Part shown: positions 56,426 to 64,000 of the stretch, piece after piece
Position numbering within the stretch: position 1 is the first letter of the stretch
Layout of the letters: every line of letters starts with the position of its first letter
NCBI GenBank assembly: GCA_964016885.1
Contig: OZ024741.1
Span: 200,694,001-200,758,000, forward strand
From: Eledone cirrhosa
Lineage: Eukaryota
DNA length: 64,000 nucleotides
Direction of reading: 5' to 3'
The notes under the pieces: generated by a model
What the model saw: only the letters and a program-made list of their open reading frames with translations
Told to the model about the DNA's origin: nothing
Databases searched by the model: none
Made by a program: the position numbers and the translations under genes

Positions 56426-59400
56426 ATGGCCGTATTAAGAGTAGGATGTTTAAATGTTCGAGGCCTGGGATCTTCCTGGAAGCAGGGTCACCTGCTCAAC
56501 GACCTCAGGTCTATAGAAATGGATGTAATTGCAGTCAGCGAGACCAGGATTTCCGACACGCGCGCACTAGCCCCCATTTTCGACGACTATCAGATCTTTG
56601 CATCTATTAGCCGGCTGGGAATGGGAGGCGGGGTGGCAGTGCTGTTTAGGAAAGGCCTGGATCTCGAGGTAAGGTCGATCTTCTGGGATCCGGACGGGAA
56701 GTTGGTGTTCCTGGACGTGAACAATAATGAAGGCGGTGCCTTTAGACTGGTGGCCGTCTATGCTCCTACTGGGGCAGGACGGCCGGACTTCTTTAGACGC
56801 CTGGAAGCCTTTCTGGGTACGTCTCGCCCTTTACTGTTAGCGGGGGACTGGAACGGCATCTTAGACGCACGCTGGGACTGTGTGGGAGTATCTGATAGGA
56901 GTGGTGGGTGCAAAAGCCTCAAGAACCTGATCAGCCAGTTCCAACTGTCTGACAGGTACCGACTAGATTTCCCTAATGCGCCAGTGTGGACCTGGGCTAA
57001 CCGCATAGGGTCATCTAGATCGTATATAGACAGGATATTAATTAGGAAAATAGACAGAAATAGTGTAAGCTGTCCACGTTTTGAAACGGTCGCCTATTCA
57101 GATCACAAGTTTGTGATCTGTATGGTCGACCTAGATAAGACGCGTAGGTTAGGGCCTGGTTACTGTAAGCTAAACATGTGATTTCCGGCACGTAAGGCTT
57201 ACAGGGACCAAGTCAACAATTTAGTTAAGAAAAAGTTGACGGGGAATCGTCAACAATAGATGGTGGGGGCTCTCAAAAGAGAGATTAGAGTAATGTCGAT
57301 AGAGTTTAGCAAAGAAGTAGCATTAGAGAAAAATAGAAAGGAGGAGGAGTTGGTAGATAAGTTAGACGAGGCTATTGGTAGTGGCATTGCAACTGATGTG
57401 CTAGCGGCGAGAATGGCATTAGACCATTTCTTCAATGCGAAACACGAAGGTTGCATTGTCAGAGCTAAGGCGCGTGCTCTGAGAAACGAGGGAACCAAAG
57501 CTGTTCGATGGGCCCGCGTGGCAGAGGCGCAGAGTGGTAATAAAACCACGATTCGGTCTTTGACGGACCGAGACGGGCACGAGCTGAGCGATTCCAAGAG
57601 GATGTGTGAGGCCTTTCGCCAACATTTTGCTCAGTTGTTCAGAGATGATGACGGACTTCAGTCCCTACCGTGATGGCTTGCCGCAACTCTCGACGGCTGA
57701 CGCTGGGCGCTGCGAAAGGCCAATTACTTCAGCCGAGCTTCAGGATGCCCTTGTCGGCTGCATGAGGCGCAAGTCACCCGGTTTGGGTGGTCTACCCTAC
57801 GAGCTTTACGTAAATATGCCAGACTTGTTCTCCAATCTCTTCGAAGCCCTCAACTGCAACTGGCAGCAAAACGGGAGTATTCCCAGTTCTGTGAGCCGGG
57901 GCGTAGTGACGCTGATAAAAGACGAGGAAAGACGAGAACAAGAGGGACACATTAGACAATTTCAGGCCCATAACTCTGCTCAACACAGAGTTTAAGATTT
58001 TGGCCAGGGTGTTAGCGAAGAGGTGGCGCTTGTCGTCGGGGATTTGGTTGGGGAGGCGCAAAATTGCGCAATCCCAACCAGGTCCATACACGACAACCTC
58101 CACCTAATGCGATACATCATAGAGAGGGTAGGGTGTACACCTGGCTTCGGTGAGGCTCTGATCAATTTAGATCAATCGAAAGCATTCGATAGGGTCGACT
58201 ATCGGTACCTGGAGGCTGTCCTCAAGGCGGCTGGCTTCGGCCCCGTCTTCAGAAGCTGGATCGCTGCAATGCACAGCGGCACCTGCTCGATGGTCAAAAT
58301 TAATGGCCACCTCTCGGAACCGTTTCAGGTCTCCCGATCGGTCCGTTAAGGGTTCCCTCTCTCCTCCCTTCTGTACGTATTGACTCTCGAGCCTTTACTG
58401 CGGAAGCTGGAGCTGTTGCAGGGCATCCCACTCGAACCGGGACGCGGAAAGGCTGCGTCGGCTTATGCGGACGACATCACCGTGATGGTGTCGGACACCT
58501 CAGAAATCGAGGTGGTCGGCAACTTATTGGAGGAATATGAAAGGTTGACGGGAGCAAAACTTAACCCGGAAAAGTCAATGGACTTGCAACTCGGCACCTG
58601 GAGAGGCAAGTTCATGCCGTCCAACAGCGTCGTTAGGCGCTGGACGGACGGACCGGTAAAATTGCTAGGGGTTTGGTTCGGCCCACACCTCCAGGTGGAT
58701 AAGAATTGGGACGAGGTGACGGGCAGGGTAGTCAGTCTCACCCATAAATGGGCTGGGATGAAGCTATCACTGAAAGGTCGGGCGGAGGTGGCGAACGCGT
58801 ACATCGCGTCCGTCATCCACTACCGTCTGACTGTCGTCCCTTGCCCCCGTTCGCGCCTCGCCATCTTGGAGCGGCTCCTCTTCAAATTCTTGTGGAGGGT
58901 CAGGTTCGGCTGGTGAGGCGGTCCATCTGCTGCCAGCACCCTCTACGTAGAGGGCTGGGCATGCCGTGGCTAATGATGCGCAGGCACGCGCTGAGGCTGC
59001 GGCATCTCCAGATATTCTGCCTAAACGGTGAACAGGTGTGGTCGCCGTTTGTCAGACGGGCCTTTCCGCAACTCGTTTCTTTGACTGAGTTGCAGTCCTG
59101 GGTCAAGAAGAGACCGAGCCTGGGTGACTGGCATCTGCAATGTTGCCAGGCACTCACTGCCCTCTATCAGGCGGGCAATGCGGTCAGTGGAACTTCCACT
59201 CTCGAGTTCTATAGAGGATTAGTGGTGGGCAAGTGCGACGACGCACTCGGAGAGGCTCTGGGAGTCAACGAAGTCGAACTAACCAGTCTGTACCGGAGGA
59301 CTTTCGAGCCGGGGACGATGGATAATTTCCAAAAATCCCTCGCTTGGCAGTGTTACCGGGGGGCACTGCCGGTTCGAGATAAACTTTACAGGCACGGAAG

Positions 59401-59829
59401 TGCTGTCAGACGGACCTGCCCGAGATGCGCGCAGAGCGACGAAACCGTTCTGCACGCACTCGTCCAGTGTCCGTGCATTACTGACTTGTGGAGTTATGTT
59501 GAACAGCTGTTGTCGCTTGTAGAACGGATCCGGCTATCGGCCGAGTCCATAGTGAAGTTCGACCAGCCGCCTTCTTTTGGCCAGGAAGGGCAATTTTCCT
59601 CTGTCTGGTGGCAGTAGCGAAAGAGGTTGTATGGTGGACGAGGTTGAAAGGACTGAAGACAGATACTTTTCTCTTCGGCCAATCCCTCATCAACTTTTTC
59701 AAGTTTCACTTGGAAAGGAAGGTGAGGGTGGAGAGAGAAGTGCTTCCCCCCAGTACATTTGCTGAAAAGTGGGTGAATGTGGCGAGAATGGCCCGTGTGA
59801 GTGGGCCTACTCTGGTCATGCGGTTGTAG
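56426..59829 (+). pseudogene. Element 2 ORF2 (APE + RT), multiply disrupted
   Basis: LRVGCLNVRGL, VSET, AGDWN, YSDH, LDQSKAFDRV, AYADD, CPRC..HALVQC. Confidence 0.92.
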
Positions 59830-60110
59830 GTAGGTAAATTTGAAGAGGAGAGGGGTGCCCTTCCAGTGTGCTCTCGAAGCGTCGGGTCGTTCAGGCAGGA
59901 CTGGTGGGGTACCTGAGCGAACCCTAGGTGGTCATCCCCCCTATTGGGGAATTTTTTCTTGTAATTTTCTTGTTACTTTATTGTTACTTTGTTATTGTTA
60001 CTTTGTTATTGTTATTCATATTGTTTACTCGATTTTTCTGTAAAACCCCACTGTCCCAGGCTTTTGTATTGTCCCCTATATGTCGGCCCTTGTGGCCAAT
60101 AAATGAAATC

Positions 60111-60566
<456 letters not shown>

Positions 60567-61367
60567 GAAATGAAGCGGAAATGACAATACTGATTGAAGC
60601 GCAAACATTGACGCAAATCAATGCTGCTACATAGGTGGAAAGTCGATTTTGAAAAAAAGGTGAATAAAAACGAATATCGATTTAAATAGAACCTATATAT
60701 TGTTCAATCTAAATGCCATAAAATAGATAACAAAACAAAACAATAAAAAGATTCAGTTCGTCTATCACTGTCCCAACCCCAACCACGGGCCATACTTAAG
60801 CCACTTATTGGTGCGCTATCAACAGAGCAATGTTATATGGAACATCAAACAGAATTCTCTCCGACACTACTCGAAATTTAGTGACTTTCTCTCATATAAC
60901 CGGAAACTATACTTAGATGTATGAGGCATAAAGCAGAATGGGGTAAAACATATTAGGAAATGTTATTCATTTTTTCTTTTAAATTACTTTTCTTTAATGA
61001 CTATTTTACTTGAGGATTTATTTTTATTATTTCGTTGTTTTAAGATTTTTATTACGGAGATTATCACGACTGCAACATTTATTTGTTACAGTCTGAAACT
61101 GAGATGATTTTTTTTTCACAGTCATTAACAAGGAGATTTTATTTAATGAATTGCGAGAAACTAATGTGACAAAATATAATTTTCGACAGTAATTATAAAG
61201 TTTTTGTGGTGTCTCGAAGCGAATTGAATAATTCTTTATAACACCAACATGTGTAAGTAAACATGTTTTAATGTTGGTGTATGGATCCGGTTTCGAATAA
61301 GTGGGATTAAATTTCCTTCTAAGTAAGTATATTTAACGTCAAGTGTGAAGTAGGGAAACACACACAC

Positions 61368-61406
<39 letters not shown>

Positions 61407-61433
61407 CACACATATATACACATATATATATAT

Positions 61434-61466
<33 letters not shown>

Positions 61467-61662
61467 GTTTTAATATAGATGAGATTCTACAGGACTAGAA
61501 CTGTTTCATTCTTTAGAAATCATCAGGAATCCTGATGATTTCTAAAGAATGAAACAGTTCTAGTCCTGTAGAATCTCGTCTATATTAAAACGTTTATACT
61601 CTGCGATGTATTGAGTACCTTACTTACTGTGGTTACCTCCGATTCAACCCGGAATAACGTAC

Positions 61663-61663
<1 letters not shown>
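61467..61663 (+). mobile_element. Fold-back mini-insertion: 62-bp arms with an HHR, plus tail
   Basis: 61467-61528 is inverted to 61530-61591. tc-CTGATGA-tttctaaagaat-GAAA-CAG-ttctagtc-CTG-TA-ga. Flanked by TA tracts. Confidence 0.8.
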
Positions 61664-61714
<51 letters not shown>

Positions 61715-61765
61715 ATGTATGTATATGTATGTATGTATGTGTATGTATATGTATGTATGTATGTG

Positions 61766-61825
<60 letters not shown>

Positions 61826-61832
<7 letters not shown>

Positions 61833-61935
61833 AAGAAGGTGTGGTAAGATACCAGGTGGACCATAACGCACCAGAGTACTCGATACTTAGGGTAGTAGAG
61901 TCAGTAATATGTCGAAACAGCCGGAGCCCAGCCTT
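61826..61935 (-). mobile_element. Tail of the 141-412 family
   Basis: ccaggtggaccataacgcaccagagtactcgatacttagggtagtagagt is the inverse of 341-390. Confidence 0.75.
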
Positions 61936-62219
61936 AAAAATGTGAGGAGACAAACCAACATTTGTTGGTTCTTAAAGGAACATGTTAGTATTGCTTATGG
62001 TGCCTTTCCCGGCCCCTACCACATAAGTAAAATTTTACGCTAATTAAATTTTATATATTTAAATGAAGTTCAGATATAAAAAAATAAGCTTAAAAAGAAT
62101 TTATTATATCAAATAAACAAAAAATAAAACATGGACGGTTGAAAAAGTGGGGTGGGGGGATTTGTTCCCTGGTACCCTTCTGAAACAAGGCCGTTATATA
62201 TATATATATATATATATAT

Positions 62220-62600
62220 AGTAATAATAAATATGAAGTCTTAAATCCGAAAAGGCCACGATAAGGATTATATATATATAATATATATATAAACCCGTAG
62301 AGCAAATATTTATTATAAGAACAGATTAAGCTTTAAGCAAAGAATCGCTACTTTCATCCATACCGGGATCTTCTGAAACTAAAAAAAAAATCAATCTGTG
62401 AACGCAGAAGTAAATATTTCGAGAAACGTTACAACCGAAGGAAAACAGGAAGACGATACTTTGGTTCGTGAAGACGTTCCCTGGCAATGAACGGAAAAAA
62501 AGCGAAGATAATTACGCCGTTATGTGGATTGATGAGAACAAAATCTTGCTAAGACAAAAACCTATTTATGCTATAAATGGAGTCATAGACTAATATTTAA
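62220..62600 (-). mobile_element. Diverged 3' end of the 14768-18833 PLE family
   Basis: Colinear inverse of about 18460-18833; abuts (TA)n. Confidence 0.85.
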
Positions 62601-62693
62601 TAACCGAATAATTTCCAGCTCTGGAGTTTGAGAATAATGTAAATAAAATTATTAAACAAAAATGACAGAGGTTATTAAAATAAGTAAAAGTAA

Positions 62694-62875
62694 ATAATTG
62701 TTTCTACTTTAGGCACAAGGCCAGCAATTACCCAGTACATTACTGGTACTTTATTTTATCGACCCCGTAAGGATGAAGGGCAAAGTTAACCTCGGCGGGA
62801 TTTGAACTCAGACTGTAAAGGGACGTAACTATGCTAGAAAGCATGGCGTCCAACCCTCTACCGATGCTGCCAATA
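62694..62875 (-). mobile_element. SINE family A full copy
   Basis: Family match with A and B boxes. Confidence 0.85.
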
Positions 62876-63128
62876 ATAGTTAAGATTTAGGCCAGTGCAT
62901 AAGTATGCGACAACGCATACATATACATATACATACGCACACGCAAATGCACACAGACACACATGCACATATATATATATGCATACATATACACACATAA
63001 ACACGCACGCATACACACACACATACACATATATACACACATACATATATACATATATATACACACATATACACGTATACATATATACATATATATACAT
63101 ACATATATACATTTACATGCGGACACGT

Positions 63129-63274
<146 letters not shown>

Positions 63275-63339
63275 TCACATACACACATATATATCTATCT
63301 AGGGCGGGTAAAATTCCCCCCGAGATCCATCGACGAGTT

Positions 63340-63920
63340 CTCTCCAGCGGTTTCTGTCCCTCATTATCGCTGCCATGTCCTGCATCTCCAACAGACCAGT
63401 GTCTGTCCTTAGGGCATCAACATATGTTAACTTTGGTCTTCCTCTTCCAGTGTGTCAATGCAGGGGCTCCCACAGGAGCACTGAGTGCAGTGTCAACTCT
63501 GGATGTCGGTGAGCATGTCCAGCTAACCTCAGTCATCTCTGTGTCACTTTTGAGCTGACTTTTGGGAGGCTCCCGTACAGCTCTGAGTTCTTCATCCTAA
63601 TGACAAGAGTTCTTTGAGATACTGGCTGGAATGCTCCAGGTAAATACATTGGCTCCCTACCTTTTTATCATCGCAGTGGACTATTGTATGCACCTTGCGC
63701 TGGAGAAACACCAGGACTCTGGCTTTACTGTAACACCGGCTCAGAGCAGGAGAGTTAAGGCAAAAAAGATATCGGATGCTGAATTTGCCGACGGCATAGT
63801 TTTGGTGACAAATACAGTGAAGGAGGCAGAGGATTTGATGCAGGAGGTGGAGACTGTGTCGATGAGTGTGAGGCTGAGAATGAATGATATTAAGACAAAA
63901 TATCTGCCAGAGAAGATTAC
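63340..63920. mobile_element. RTE-like LINE fragment with internal inversion
   Basis: Minus 63340-63595: RLAGHAHRHPE..LLWEP..GRGRPKLTYVD. Plus 63680-63905: DAEFADGIVLV..LRMNDIKTKY. Confidence 0.7.
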
Positions 63921-64000
63921 ATACATATATATATATATACATATATACATACCTACACCTACATATACATGCATATACATATATACATTACATACATATA

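Larger units (their letters stand above)
54199..60110 (+). mobile_element. Full-length Tx1/L1-clade LINE, element 2 (diverged relative of element 1)
   Basis: Begins right after (ATT)9; AATAAA at 60098; followed by (ATT)n(AGT)n. Confidence 0.92.

Noticed and set aside
51220-59709. Long antisense and alternate-frame ORFs over the Tx1 ORF2s
   Set aside because: Expected shadows of GC-rich coding sequence; no motifs.

Overview
AT-rich, microsatellite-dense eukaryotic DNA, almost entirely intronic or intergenic repeat. The SINE families and microsatellite load suggest an octopus or other cephalopod (inference). No complete host gene is supportable; there is one plausible 71-nt exon at 756-826. 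Recognisable elements: several Penelope-like element (PLE) families (RT + C-terminal GIY-YIG), including a near full-length copy at 14768-18833; two tandem full-length Tx1/L1-type LINEs (48136-60110); R4/Dong-type RLE LINE pieces; a decayed full-length RTE LINE; a deleted Helitron; and tRNA-derived SINEs. The most striking non-coding signal is a recurrent architecture inside (TA)n tracts: inverted arm / direct arm / unpaired 40-100 nt tail. It appears in about 9 copies from about 6 sequence families, many with minimal hammerhead ribozyme (HHR) folds. One family has a CAGAAGA core variant whose predicted cleavage site lies about 8 nt from the 5' end of the full-length PLE, and several families share an ACTC...GAGT(A/G)C tail motif. 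All folds and alignments were done by eye and none is tested.
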